This document shows positions 18,861 to 28,369 of a stretch of 64,000 bases of DNA, piece by piece. Made by a program: the position numbers and the translations under genes. Every line of letters begins with the position of its first letter. The first letter of the stretch is position 1. This stretch comes from Acidobacteriota bacterium (GTDB lineage: Bacteria > Acidobacteriota > UBA890 > WLXD01). The stretch covers positions 224,001 through 288,000 of the forward strand of contig CAXWPH010000007.1 of the NCBI GenBank assembly GCA_963666055.2, written 5' to 3'. The notes below the pieces were generated by a model. That model had not been told where the DNA came from. It worked only from the letters and a program-made list of their open reading frames with translations, and ran no database searches.

Positions 18861-20665
18861 CGGATTTCCAGGGTACGCCGGTCGCTGCCGGCCTTGTGGG
18901 CTGCAGCGCGCACCTCGACGATCACCGGACCAGACCCGCGGCGGCGAACGGTCCAGGTTGCGGTCTTCGACGGCACCTCCTCTCCTTCGTCGGCCCACTG
19001 GCGGATGAACGTGAACTTCCCCACCAGGTGGCCGACGATCTGCGAAGGGTCGCCCTCGACAATCTCGCCGCCGTCGACCGTGATGTCGACCACCACCGGG
19101 AAGTCGCGAGGCCGGATGCCGAGCGCCGCGCCCGGCCCGGCGACGTTGGATGATCCGCCGATCTCCAGCGCCCGCTGCGTGACGTAGGTCGAGATCCAAC
19201 CCTCGTTGCGGATCTCGGCCTCGACGGTGAGCGTGCCGTCGGCGTTCTGCGTCGACGTCACATCGACGACGCGAACCTCGGGCGCCAGGCTCGCGATGTA
19301 CATGAAATAGCGGAAGGACCGGTCGGTGCGGAGGCGCATCATGTCGCCGATCGATGGCGGGAACGGCCCCGTCGGCGACACACGGTAGCCGCCGATCTCG
19401 ATCGACCCCAGCTCCGGGTGATCGTAGGGCGTCCACGGCTCAGCGAACTGGCCGCCCATTTCCTCGATGTGCCAGCGGTCCAGCTCTTCGGGCGTCACTT
19501 CGCCGCTGCCGTCGTAGTCGATCCCCGCGCCGCCGACCTCGCTGCCGAAGCCGTAGATTCCCTGGTGCAGGTATGCCCAGTCCGGCGGCAGGCCGCCGAT
19601 CGTGGCGCCGGTGCCGGCTGGCGTGTAGTAGTCGCTGAACGTCTGATCGCCGGGACTCAGCACCGACCAGGCCACCTCGAGACGCCGGTAGACGTCGTTG
19701 TCCTCATGGTGCATGTCCTGGTACGACCCGTTGCTGAGCGGCCGGATCATCCACTCCCGGCCGACGCCACCGGCGTGGATGTCGTGCATGAAGAAGATGT
19801 TCTTGCGGTCGGTCATCTCCTTGGCTACCGCGTAGATCTCCGGCAGCGAGAACTGGAACTCGCCCGCGCCGGGGTCCTCGGATACCCACTCGGCACCGAA
19901 GTTGCGGTTGTAGTCGGGCTGCTCGCGGCGCCCGGTCCAGTCGCGCTCGCGATCTTTGATCTCCCATCCGGTGTCACCTGTGGGCCGCCAGACGTAGCCG
20001 AGGGGATCCATGTGCCAGTCTTCGTCCAGCAGCCTGCCTTCGGGAAGATACTGATACTCCTCGTCGTCCGGGCTGTCCTTCCAACGCATCTGGGTGATGT
20101 AGCCGTCGTCGTTGAGATCGGCACCCGGCTGCTCGTGTTCGTTGTAGCCCGGCCAGGCCGGATGCGAGGTAAGCGCCAGCTGCCGCGAGTCGGGGTTCAA
20201 GTCGGTCAGAACGTAGAAGGTTCGGGTATCGAGGATCTCTGTTACAGCAGGGTCGACGCCGTACATCGCCGACGCTCGTTCGACGAAGTACTCGAGGTAC
20301 ACGGGTCCCGGCGTCTCGTTGGGGTGTACCCCGGCCTCGATCCAGATGCCCGGCTTCGACTCGCCGTCGCCGGTCTCGAAGTTGGTGATCTCCATCATCA
20401 ACAGCTCTCTGCCCTGGCGACTCTCACCGATGTGGTGGGCGCGGACGATCTGCGGATACTGGACCGCGAGCTGCTGCAGCCGAGCATTGACCGCCGCCGG
20501 CAGGCGATACGGCCAGCGATCGAAGTCGAACTGTTCCTTCGTCGGCTCGAAGTCGACGAATTCCTCGAACCGCTGGGCGTCGGCCGCGCCGGCCGCCAGC
20601 AGAACAGCAATCACCGCGGCCATCGAGCCGAGCCGTACCCGGCTTCCCGTGTTGCCTCGCCGCAT
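18857..20665 (-). CDS. Secreted M14 zinc carboxypeptidase-family protein, copy B
   Basis: GESRQGR, AGVHPNE, DYNRNF, SLPE, DIHAGG, GSE. Signal peptide; GGGAGGGAG RBS. Confidence 0.9.
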   Translation of the reverse strand: MRRGNTGSRVRLGSMAAVIAVLLAAGAADAQRFEEFVDFEPTKEQFDFDRWPYRLPAAVNARLQQLAVQYPQIVRAHHIGESRQGRELLMMEITNFETGDGESKPGIWIEAGVHPNETPGPVYLEYFVERASAMYGVDPAVTEILDTRTFYVLTDLNPDSRQLALTSHPAWPGYNEHEQPGADLNDDGYITQMRWKDSPDDEEYQYLPEGRLLDEDWHMDPLGYVWRPTGDTGWEIKDRERDWTGRREQPDYNRNFGAEWVSEDPGAGEFQFSLPEIYAVAKEMTDRKNIFFMHDIHAGGVGREWMIRPLSNGSYQDMHHEDNDVYRRLEVAWSVLSPGDQTFSDYYTPAGTGATIGGLPPDWAYLHQGIYGFGSEVGGAGIDYDGSGEVTPEELDRWHIEEMGGQFAEPWTPYDHPELGSIEIGGYRVSPTGPFPPSIGDMMRLRTDRSFRYFMYIASLAPEVRVVDVTSTQNADGTLTVEAEIRNEGWISTYVTQRALEIGGSSNVAGPGAALGIRPRDFPVVVDITVDGGEIVEGDPSQIVGHLVGKFTFIRQWADEGEEVPSKTATWTVRRRGSGPVIVEVRAAAHKAGSDRRTLEIR

Positions 20666-20685
20666 CTGGACTCCCTCCCGGCGCC

Positions 20686-22401
20686 TCATCGGCCGATCTC
20701 CGTCGAGGCGGTCGCATAGCCTGATTTCGGCGATCCGACCCGAACGGAGATGCTTGCGGCTGAGTTCACTCGCACCACCCACTCGAAGTCAACAAGCGGC
20801 GGTACCGCCTCGAACGCCCCCTCGACGAACCCCGTCATGTGCCCGAGGTTCCTCTCCGAACCGCCCTCGACAACCTCGCCGCCCTCGATATCGATCGTCG
20901 CCATCACCGGCAGGTCGCGGCGGAGCTCGATGGAGCGGCGCGTCACGTAGGTCGGCAGCCCACCGATGTTCTGCAGGGTCGCGGTCACCCGGTGCAGGCC
21001 GTCACCCAGCGGCTCGGTCGACAAATCGGCGAGGGCGATCAACGGCGACAAACCGGCGATGTACAGCAGCAAGTCGTACTGGGCCTCGGAGTGGAATTGC
21101 AGCGTTTCGTCGAGCGCCGGAGGCATCCCCCGGGACCCGCCCACCTCGACAGTTCCGAGGGCCGGATGCGACACCTCGACCCAGGCTGACTCGAACATCC
21201 CGCCCTTCTGCTCGCGGTGCCAACGCTCCTCTTCCTGCGGCCGGATCCAGCCATCCTGGTTGTAGTCCCAGCCCGATCCGTTTACCTCCGGCGTGAGGCT
21301 ATGGAGACCAGCGTCCATGTAGGCCCAGTCATCCATGAAGCCGGCCATGGTCTCGCCGTAGCCGCGCGGCTCGCCATTTTCATCGAGCTCACTGGTGTTG
21401 AACATGTAGCTGTAGTAGTTGTTCTCGGTCAGACCACCGCCGCTCAGATGCGCCCATATCGCACCCACTCGCATGTAGAAGTGGTTGTCCTCGCCGTTCA
21501 TCCAGTCGTAGGGGCGATCCATCGGCGGACGCACCATGTAGCTACGCGACCCGCCGCCAGAGTGAATCGAGTATGTGAAGAAAATGTTGTCGTGGCCGAG
21601 GATGAAGTCGGCCACCGCCGCTACTTCGGGCAACGAGAACGGTCGCGCGCCGGCACCCGGTTCGGCGGCGCTCCACTCAGCCGACCAGTTGCGATTGAAG
21701 TCGGCCCCCTCTCGCTCGCCGGTGAGCCGGTCGCGGCGGCGGCGTTGCAGAAACTCCGGCCGGCTCCGCGCGACGACTTCTCGCGACTCCATGTAATAGC
21801 GGTAGCCGTCGTCGGCTTTGGTGTCGGGGACACGAATCCGGGTGATATAGCCGTCACCGTCGAGATCGTCGCCGATCTGCTCGTCGGGATCGTATCCCGG
21901 CCACGACGGATGCCGACTCAAGATCAGGTCGCCGCCGTCGGCGTCGAACACCGGCATCACGTAGAAAGTGCGGGTGTCGAGCATCCGGGTACTGAGCTCG
22001 TCCTTGTCGTAGCTGTACAGCAGCCGCTGCGCGAAGTACTGCAGGTACGGGCGCCCGGTGAGCTCGCCGGCGTGGATGTTGCCGTCCAACCACATGCCCG
22101 GCTTGCTGTCGCCCGGCCCGGCGTCGAAGTTGGTGAGCTCGATCACCCACAAGGGCCGGCCGCGGCGGCTCTCGCCGATCTGATGGACGCGCGCCAACCG
22201 TGGGTACGCAGCAGCAAGCCGGTGCAGGTCGTCGCCGATCTCGTCGTTGAGCGGATATGGCCAGCGCCCGAAGTCGAACGTCAGGCCGGGCGGCGGCTGA
22301 CTGCGAACGTCTTGCGCGAACAACCCTGCGGCGCCGAGCAACAGACCGACGACGACCACCATCACGACGGCCAACTGGATCACAAAGGCCGACTGGCGCA
22401 C
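20686..22401 (-). CDS. Secreted M14 zinc carboxypeptidase-family protein, copy A
   Basis: GESRRGR, DGNIHAGE, DFNRNW, SLPE, SIHSGG, TPE. GTG start follows GAGGGAGG. Confidence 0.92.
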   Translation of the reverse strand: MRQSAFVIQLAVVMVVVVGLLLGAAGLFAQDVRSQPPPGLTFDFGRWPYPLNDEIGDDLHRLAAAYPRLARVHQIGESRRGRPLWVIELTNFDAGPGDSKPGMWLDGNIHAGELTGRPYLQYFAQRLLYSYDKDELSTRMLDTRTFYVMPVFDADGGDLILSRHPSWPGYDPDEQIGDDLDGDGYITRIRVPDTKADDGYRYYMESREVVARSRPEFLQRRRRDRLTGEREGADFNRNWSAEWSAAEPGAGARPFSLPEVAAVADFILGHDNIFFTYSIHSGGGSRSYMVRPPMDRPYDWMNGEDNHFYMRVGAIWAHLSGGGLTENNYYSYMFNTSELDENGEPRGYGETMAGFMDDWAYMDAGLHSLTPEVNGSGWDYNQDGWIRPQEEERWHREQKGGMFESAWVEVSHPALGTVEVGGSRGMPPALDETLQFHSEAQYDLLLYIAGLSPLIALADLSTEPLGDGLHRVTATLQNIGGLPTYVTRRSIELRRDLPVMATIDIEGGEVVEGGSERNLGHMTGFVEGAFEAVPPLVDFEWVVRVNSAASISVRVGSPKSGYATASTEIGR

Positions 22402-22450
22402 TTCGCCACCTCCCTCGGTGGCGTGCGGGAGTTCACGCCGATCGATGCGC

Positions 22451-22476
22451 TATTGTGGACTGCATATTGTATACGA
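22451..22476. promoter_or_regulatory. Putative GntR operator, copy 2 (TATTGT...TATTGTATACGA)
   Basis: In the divergent region between the M14 operon and the MFS gene. Confidence 0.65.
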
Positions 22477-22501
22477 ATTTCCCAAACCTGGCATGGTTCA
22501 G

Positions 22502-23773
22502 ATGGGCGCGCTCGAGCGACTGATAGGCAGCTCCCTGCTGTCGTCATTTCAGCGGCCGGGCTTCGGGTGGCTGTGGCTGGCGCTGACCTTCAACGGCTTC
22601 ACCAACGGCGTCGCCTCGGTGGCGTTCGGCTGGCTGGCGCTGGAGCTCACCGGCTCACCAGTGGCGGTGGGCACGATCTTCGCGGTGCGCAACTTGCCAC
22701 GCTTGCTTTTCGCGGTGCCGATCGGGGCGCTCTCCGACCGCATGGATCGACGGCGAATGCTGCAGGGGGTCAACCTCTTCGGCGCGGTGATGGCTCTGGG
22801 CGCGGCCGGGCTTGGGCTCACTGGCAACCTGACCTTCGTCGGTCTACTGGTGGTTGCCTTTCTGGAAGGCGCGTTCGACGCCGTCGAGAGCACGCTCGGA
22901 CGCACCCTCGTCTACGATCTCGTGGGCCGCGCTGAAGCCGTCAACGGCATGGCGCTGGAGCAGCTCGGCAATCGCGGCGTCGGCGCTGCCGGGTCCGTCG
23001 CGGCCGGCGTGCTGCTGGCGTGGTACGGATCGGCGGCCCCGTTCCTGTGCATGTCCATCGCCTTTGTCGGCGCGGTAACGGTGCTGACCCTGATCCCCCG
23101 CGATCTGCTGCCGACGCGCCGCCAGCCTCGGTCTGGCGACGGTGCTGCGCAATCTCGCGGACTCCGCAACCTCACCACCGGCCTCGAGGGCTTCGCTGTA
23201 CTGTGGCGCAACCCGGCCGTGTTGACGCTCGCCGCGATCGGGGCCGGGGCGGAGATCTTCGCCTTCTCCAGCGATGCGCTGCTGCCATCATTCGCCCGCG
23301 ACATCCTGGAGGTCGGCGAGACCGGGCTGGGCAACATGATCGCCGCGCGGCAGATAGGCGGCGTAGCCGGCCTGCTGACGCTCGCCGCACTATCAACCCG
23401 GCTGCGACCGGGCAAGCTGCTCTTCTGGATGTGCGGGCTCTTCGGGATCACACTGATCGCCTTCGCCGGCTCCGGCTCCTACCCGCTGTCGCTACTTCTG
23501 ATGCTCGGGATCGGCGTGGCCTGGGCGGCCCTGGACGTGCTACTGCCGAAGCTGGTACAGGACCGGGTCCCGGATGACGAGCGCGGCGCTGCCGTCGGCA
23601 TCTGGAACCTCAGCCGCGGCACCGGGCCGCTAGGCAGCCTCGAGACCGGAGCCGTCGCCGGCGCGCTCGGGGCGCCGATGGCGCAGGTTATCAACGCCGG
23701 CGCCTTCCTGATCGTGGTGGTGGCTGCGGCGTTGCTGCAGCGGACCGAGCGCTGGCGAATATCATCAACATGA
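22502..23773 (+). CDS. MFS transporter (DHA3/MFS_3-like, possibly an exporter)
   Basis: GWLALELTGS, GALSDRMDRRR, about 12 hydrophobic segments, VPDDERG. Confidence 0.88.
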   Translation: MGALERLIGSSLLSSFQRPGFGWLWLALTFNGFTNGVASVAFGWLALELTGSPVAVGTIFAVRNLPRLLFAVPIGALSDRMDRRRMLQGVNLFGAVMALGAAGLGLTGNLTFVGLLVVAFLEGAFDAVESTLGRTLVYDLVGRAEAVNGMALEQLGNRGVGAAGSVAAGVLLAWYGSAAPFLCMSIAFVGAVTVLTLIPRDLLPTRRQPRSGDGAAQSRGLRNLTTGLEGFAVLWRNPAVLTLAAIGAGAEIFAFSSDALLPSFARDILEVGETGLGNMIAARQIGGVAGLLTLAALSTRLRPGKLLFWMCGLFGITLIAFAGSGSYPLSLLLMLGIGVAWAALDVLLPKLVQDRVPDDERGAAVGIWNLSRGTGPLGSLETGAVAGALGAPMAQVINAGAFLIVVVAAALLQRTERWRISST

Positions 23774-23777
23774 CGCG

Positions 23778-24194
23778 CTAGAATCCAGCCTGCTCTACCG
23801 CGTCGTTGTCCTCGCCGTCTCCCCAGACCGCGCCGTCGAAGTGGTCGTGAATGTGGCGGTCTTTCGTCAGCAGGGGGGCGCCGCCCAGGCGGGACTGGGC
23901 CACGGCAATGCGATCGAAGGGGTCGCGTGTCCAGGTTTCCTGCAGCGCCACTTCGATGACCGTGGCGAACGACAATGCACAACGCTGCAGACCGATCTCA
24001 CGCGCCAACGCCTGTAGCACGGGTTCAGCCGGCTCGGTGGTCTTGGCGGCCTCGTGGAGATACTGCAGTTCGAGCGCAACGATCGGCGAGATCAGCGGAT
24101 CGTGGTGGTCGATGAGTGAGCGAACAACGGGCGGAATGAGATCGGTGCGACCGGCATACAACCAGACCACGACATGGGTATCGAGATAGATCAC
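23778..24194 (-). CDS. vapC: PIN-domain (VapC-type) toxin
   Basis: IYLDTHVVVWL, ISP...ELQYL.E, WTRDPFDR..VAQ, LLTKD. Confidence 0.92.
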   Translation of the reverse strand: MIYLDTHVVVWLYAGRTDLIPPVVRSLIDHHDPLISPIVALELQYLHEAAKTTEPAEPVLQALAREIGLQRCALSFATVIEVALQETWTRDPFDRIAVAQSRLGGAPLLTKDRHIHDHFDGAVWGDGEDNDAVEQAGF

Positions 24195-24234
24195 TGGCTA
24201 ACGCCGATGCGCGCTGCCACGGGTGCACGCAGAC

Positions 24235-24465
24235 TTACACATCCCCCGGCCGCCAGGTGTCGGACCAATCGATGTGGACGACGTCCTCCGGGTCGGCGTT
24301 CAGATAGTCGCGCAACGGCAGCGAATCCAACTTGGAGGTCTCCTCCGGCGGAACGATCCTGAGGACCTTGCCTCGTCTCTCGATTTCTACGGGAACGCCG
24401 CTCTCCAGGACCTTGTCGAGGACCCGGTAGATGTCCTGCCGAAGTCGTGACGCCGTCAATCGCAT
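24235..24465 (-). CDS. Phd/YefM-like type II antitoxin
   Basis: MRLTASRLRQDIYRVLDKVLESGVPVEIERRG, directly upstream of the PIN toxin. Confidence 0.85.
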   Translation of the reverse strand: MRLTASRLRQDIYRVLDKVLESGVPVEIERRGKVLRIVPPEETSKLDSLPLRDYLNADPEDVVHIDWSDTWRPGDV

Positions 24466-24537
24466 GTTGGACCTCTGGAGTGAGGAGCCGGCCATGGGCC
24501 CCCTCGCGCGGCCGAATCGCAGTACATGCATGTGAGT

Positions 24538-24570
24538 CGTACGTACGCTCTATATATTAGCGTACGTGCG
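24538..24570. promoter_or_regulatory. Palindromic operator/promoter of the TA operon
   Basis: Inverted repeat CGTACGTACGCT...AGCGTACGTGCG around an AT-rich TATATATT core upstream of the antitoxin. Confidence 0.55.
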
Positions 24571-24663
24571 CTGCATGCGGCTAGAACCATGGGAGAAGGA
24601 GTTTCGGGTACCGGTGGCATCGGTACCGTCGAGCGCCAACGCCACTAGCCGGCCCAGCCGCTC

Positions 24664-26028
24664 TCAGTGAATGAGCAGAACCCGTTCGTTGGGCGGGTAG
24701 AAGAACTGCACACCGTCTTCGGTCAGGATGGCGTTGTCCTCGATGCCGAGGCGTACGCGGTGGCCGTCCCACTCCGGGACCGCGGTGTTGGCGAAGAGCT
24801 CGAAAGCGAAGATGTGGTTCGGCTTCAACACCAGGTGATGGACGGCGGTGCGGAAGCCGCTGATGCACGGACCCGCCTCGATCTCGCTGTCGCCGGTGTT
24901 GCCAACACAGTGGCAGTCGGTCGACACCTGCGTCTTGTGGGCTTCGTCTTCGGAGAAACCGCGCGCTTCGAGAGCCTCGGACCAGACCTTGTCCCAACCA
25001 CCACTGAAGCCGGGGTCGCCGACCAGATTCACCCAGACGAAACCGGCGTCCTCGAAGTTCTTGCCGATGACCTCCAGCGTCTCGCCCGTGGTCCGGCCCA
25101 CCTTGATGCTGTCGCGTAGCACCTGGCGGGCGCGCAGCCCCTCGTCGAAGGCGTGCTGCAGGCCGGCCGGTATGGCGATCTCGCCCTCGGGCAAGACGTA
25201 CGCGGTGCGCTTGATGTCCGAGCCGAGGTTCATGAACTCGAAGCCGAAGTCGAACTGGAACAGGTCGCCGCGCTGGAAGAGGTAGTCGGGGGAGTCATAA
25301 TCGTCCGCGGAAGCCTTGGCTGAGTACAGAACCTGCGGCATGAACAGCTTGGTGAAGATGGGCTCGATCCCCAGACCCAGCAACTCGTCCTTGATCCACC
25401 ACGCCACCTGCTCGAGCGTCGTCTTGCCGACCGTGATCACCTCGTTCGACAGCGCTCGCTCGATCAGGCGTCGCGTCACCTCGCCGAGCTTGCCGTACTC
25501 GACGATCTCGCTGATCACCCGCCGATCACGGAAATCGGCGATCACGTCCTCGGCCGAGATCAGCCGTGCCGCGTATTTGTCGCCGAGCGCCTCGACCAGA
25601 CGCAAATAACCTGTATGGCTGAGGCCGTCGCCCACGGCGATTCGTCCCGACATGTTCACCGCGATGGTCTCCGGGTCGCGCTCCTCGACGAACTGCCGCA
25701 GGTCCCCTTCGTCGCCGATGAGGTCATAGCCGCCGTCGCCGCGCAGCACCTCGCCGCCAAGGATGGCGCGCTCGATACGGTCGCCGCCGCGGTCGGTGAA
25801 GATGAAGTAGCCGCAGCTGCCCCCCGAGGGCCGCGGAGTCAGCACATCGGCACCGGCACCGAGGTCCTTGGCCAACGCGTCGGGGTTGCCCAGCTTCATC
25901 ACGTGGATCCACATGTCGACGTTGTTGTCGCGCAGGGCCCGCGGCAGCGAGATGTCGAACTTTTCCCTGCGGACCAGCTCGAGCCGCTCCCAGCGGCTGC
26001 GGAATTCGTTCGCTTCTTGGTAGGGCAC
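24664..26028 (-). CDS. Cytoplasmic M24-fold metallopeptidase/amidohydrolase, copy 3
   Basis: No signal peptide. Ligands FDFG, SDIKR, DCHCVG, FELF, IEDN. Close paralog of 8831..10192. Confidence 0.85.
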   Translation of the reverse strand: MPYQEANEFRSRWERLELVRREKFDISLPRALRDNNVDMWIHVMKLGNPDALAKDLGAGADVLTPRPSGGSCGYFIFTDRGGDRIERAILGGEVLRGDGGYDLIGDEGDLRQFVEERDPETIAVNMSGRIAVGDGLSHTGYLRLVEALGDKYAARLISAEDVIADFRDRRVISEIVEYGKLGEVTRRLIERALSNEVITVGKTTLEQVAWWIKDELLGLGIEPIFTKLFMPQVLYSAKASADDYDSPDYLFQRGDLFQFDFGFEFMNLGSDIKRTAYVLPEGEIAIPAGLQHAFDEGLRARQVLRDSIKVGRTTGETLEVIGKNFEDAGFVWVNLVGDPGFSGGWDKVWSEALEARGFSEDEAHKTQVSTDCHCVGNTGDSEIEAGPCISGFRTAVHHLVLKPNHIFAFELFANTAVPEWDGHRVRLGIEDNAILTEDGVQFFYPPNERVLLIH

Positions 26029-26053
26029 AAGCGCTCCTTATTGAGACTGCGAT

Positions 26054-27046
26054 TCAACGGGGAAAATTCAGGATGGCGTCGATTCGCTGCCGGCCGCCGA
26101 CGCGCTCCGCCCAGGCGTCGTAAACGTTCGCCGCGGCCGTAGCAAACGCGTCGCGGTCAGGATAGGTCACGGTCACACCGGCATCGATGAGCTGTTGCAG
26201 GCGCTGCTCGTCGACCTCGGCGTAGAGCTGGCGCTCGTAGTCCACAAGATCGATAAGCGTGGTGTCGACGATCTCTTGCAGATCGCGCGGTAGACGATCG
26301 TAAAACGTCTTGCTCATGAGCACCGGCGCCACCAGCCTCAGCCACCCCACCTGCGCCCAGTAGGGAGCTACCTCGAAGAACCGCTTCGAGTGGTAGTTGG
26401 AGTTCGCCGCCTCGGCCCCGTCGATGACTCCGGTCTCCAGCGACGTGTAGAGCTCGTTGTAGGCCATCGGTAGCGGGCTGGCGCCGAACGCCGCGAACGC
26501 GGCGAGGTGCGGCGGGCTCTCCATCGTGCGGATCTTCAGCCCACGAAGGTCATCGATGGTCTCGACCGCCTGCTCGGTGGTCATGATGTGGCGCAAGCCG
26601 TAGTTGAAATAGCCCATGAGGTGGAAGCCCTCGCGCTCGAGCGCCGGGCGCAGGCTCTCGCCGATCTCCGAGTCGAGCACCGCAAACATGTGCGCGTCGC
26701 TCTCGAACAGGAACGGCAGCTCGAAGACATACATCTCCGGCACGAAGGTCGCCAATGTGGAGTTCGGCGACATGAGCATCTCGACGGTTCCCAGCTTCAG
26801 CCCCTCGGTTACGTCGCGGTCTTCACCGAGCGCCGAGGCGGCGTAGAGGCGAGCGTCGATGCGACCGCCAGCCGCTTCGTTTACCCGGTCGACGAACAGC
26901 TGCAGCGTCCGCGGCCCGGGGTCGTCAGCCGGCGCCGAGGCGGCGACCTTGAGGACGAATACCTCCGACCCGCCACGGCCGCAGGCGCCAAGCAAGAGGC
27001 TCACGACGATAATCAGCGACGCGTGTGAAGCCCTGTTCATTCGCAT
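26054..27046 (-). CDS. dctP: TRAP transporter substrate-binding lipoprotein DctP
   Basis: Lipobox LLGAC, FELPFLF, G.RH, DLRGLKIR, ELYTSLETGVIDG.E. Confidence 0.93.
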   Translation of the reverse strand: MRMNRASHASLIIVVSLLLGACGRGGSEVFVLKVAASAPADDPGPRTLQLFVDRVNEAAGGRIDARLYAASALGEDRDVTEGLKLGTVEMLMSPNSTLATFVPEMYVFELPFLFESDAHMFAVLDSEIGESLRPALEREGFHLMGYFNYGLRHIMTTEQAVETIDDLRGLKIRTMESPPHLAAFAAFGASPLPMAYNELYTSLETGVIDGAEAANSNYHSKRFFEVAPYWAQVGWLRLVAPVLMSKTFYDRLPRDLQEIVDTTLIDLVDYERQLYAEVDEQRLQQLIDAGVTVTYPDRDAFATAAANVYDAWAERVGGRQRIDAILNFPR

Positions 27047-27063
27047 CCGGTTTGCCTCACGAG

Positions 27064-28350
27064 TCACGACAGCAGGCCGGGAATCCACAGCACGATGGTG
27101 GGCACGAAGGTGATCAGCAGCAACACCACGAGCATCGATGCCACGATCGGGAGGATATATGGCGTCGTCTCACGAATGCTCTCGCCGGTCAGGCTGCAGG
27201 CGACAAACAGCGTGGCACCGAAGGGCGGCGTCACGTACCCGATGGCCCAGCCGACGGTGGTGACGACGCCGAAGTGGACCGGATCGACGCCGAAGCTCGC
27301 GGCGATCGGGAAAACAATCGGCAACATGATCACGGTGGCCGAGAAGCTCTCCATGACCGCGCCGATCATCAGCAGCAGCGGGATGTAGATCAGGAAGAAG
27401 GTACCCGGCCCGCTGACCCACCGGACCATCGCCTGCGCCAGCATCGCTGGCAGCCCGTGCACGGTGATCAGCCAGGCGAAGAGGAAGGCGGTGGTCTGGA
27501 TGAACATGATCACCGTAGCCAACTCGGCAGATCTGGTGAGAATACGCGGCAGGTCCGAGATCGAGATCTCGCGGTATACGAACATCCCGACCACCAGGCC
27601 GTAGACCACCGCAACAACGGCCGCCTCGGTGGTGGTGAAGATCCCTCCGACGATACCCACGAGGATGATCAGCGGCATGCCGAGCGCCGGCGCCGCCGCC
27701 GCTGCCGTGCTCAACAGACGCGACAAGTCCACACCCTCACGGGTGGCCAGATAAGCCTCCCCACCGCGGACCGCGTGGGCGTATGCCACTACCATGAGCC
27801 CGAGGCCGATCAACAGCCCCGGCACGATGCCGCCGAGGAACAGCGCCGAAACCGAGGTGTTGGTGGTGAAGCCGATGAGGATCATCAGCAGACTCGGCGG
27901 AATGATCGGCCCGATGGACCCCGCCGCCGCCTGCAAGGCGGTGGCGAAACGCATGTCATAGCCGCGCTCCCTCATCAACGGCAGAAGAATCGACCCGACG
28001 GCGGCGGTGTCGGCAGTCGACGAACCCGATACGCCGGCGAAGACCATCGACGCAGCGACCGAGACGATTCCCAGGCTGCCGCGGATGAAGCCGAACAGCT
28101 CGGTTGTGAAAGCCACCAACCTCGACGACATGCCGCCGGCCGACATCAGCTGGCCCGCCAACATGAACAGCGGGATGGCCATCAGCAGCCAGGAGTCCAA
28201 GCCGAAGAACATCCGTTGCGCCACGATCGAGATGGGCAGAGCTCCTTCCCACAAGATCGCAACGCTCGCTCCGGCACCAAGGGCGAACGCGATCGGCATG
28301 CCGATCAGGAAGAAGATCGCGATGCTAATGAGCAGAATCGCAATCACCAT
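27064..28350 (-). CDS. dctM: TRAP transporter large permease DctM
   Basis: AIPLFMLAG, SGSSTAD, GPIIPPS, TTTEA, DPVHFG, TPPFG. Confidence 0.95.
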   Translation of the reverse strand: MVIAILLISIAIFFLIGMPIAFALGAGASVAILWEGALPISIVAQRMFFGLDSWLLMAIPLFMLAGQLMSAGGMSSRLVAFTTELFGFIRGSLGIVSVAASMVFAGVSGSSTADTAAVGSILLPLMRERGYDMRFATALQAAAGSIGPIIPPSLLMILIGFTTNTSVSALFLGGIVPGLLIGLGLMVVAYAHAVRGGEAYLATREGVDLSRLLSTAAAAAPALGMPLIILVGIVGGIFTTTEAAVVAVVYGLVVGMFVYREISISDLPRILTRSAELATVIMFIQTTAFLFAWLITVHGLPAMLAQAMVRWVSGPGTFFLIYIPLLLMIGAVMESFSATVIMLPIVFPIAASFGVDPVHFGVVTTVGWAIGYVTPPFGATLFVACSLTGESIRETTPYILPIVASMLVVLLLITFVPTIVLWIPGLLS

Positions 28351-28369
28351 GTGGCACCGAGCCGCTGGC

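Noticed and set aside
18861-19436. N-terminal extension of the 829-aa ORF
   Set aside because: Overlaps the upstream M14 gene out of frame. The coupled start at 18860 gives a normal signal peptide.
21217-22935. Long antisense or alternative-frame ORFs (also 13196..14482, 27025..28530, 28897..30465, 47079..48488, 48325..49782, 54404..55738)
   Set aside because: Expected shadows of real genes in high-GC DNA; no recognisable motifs.
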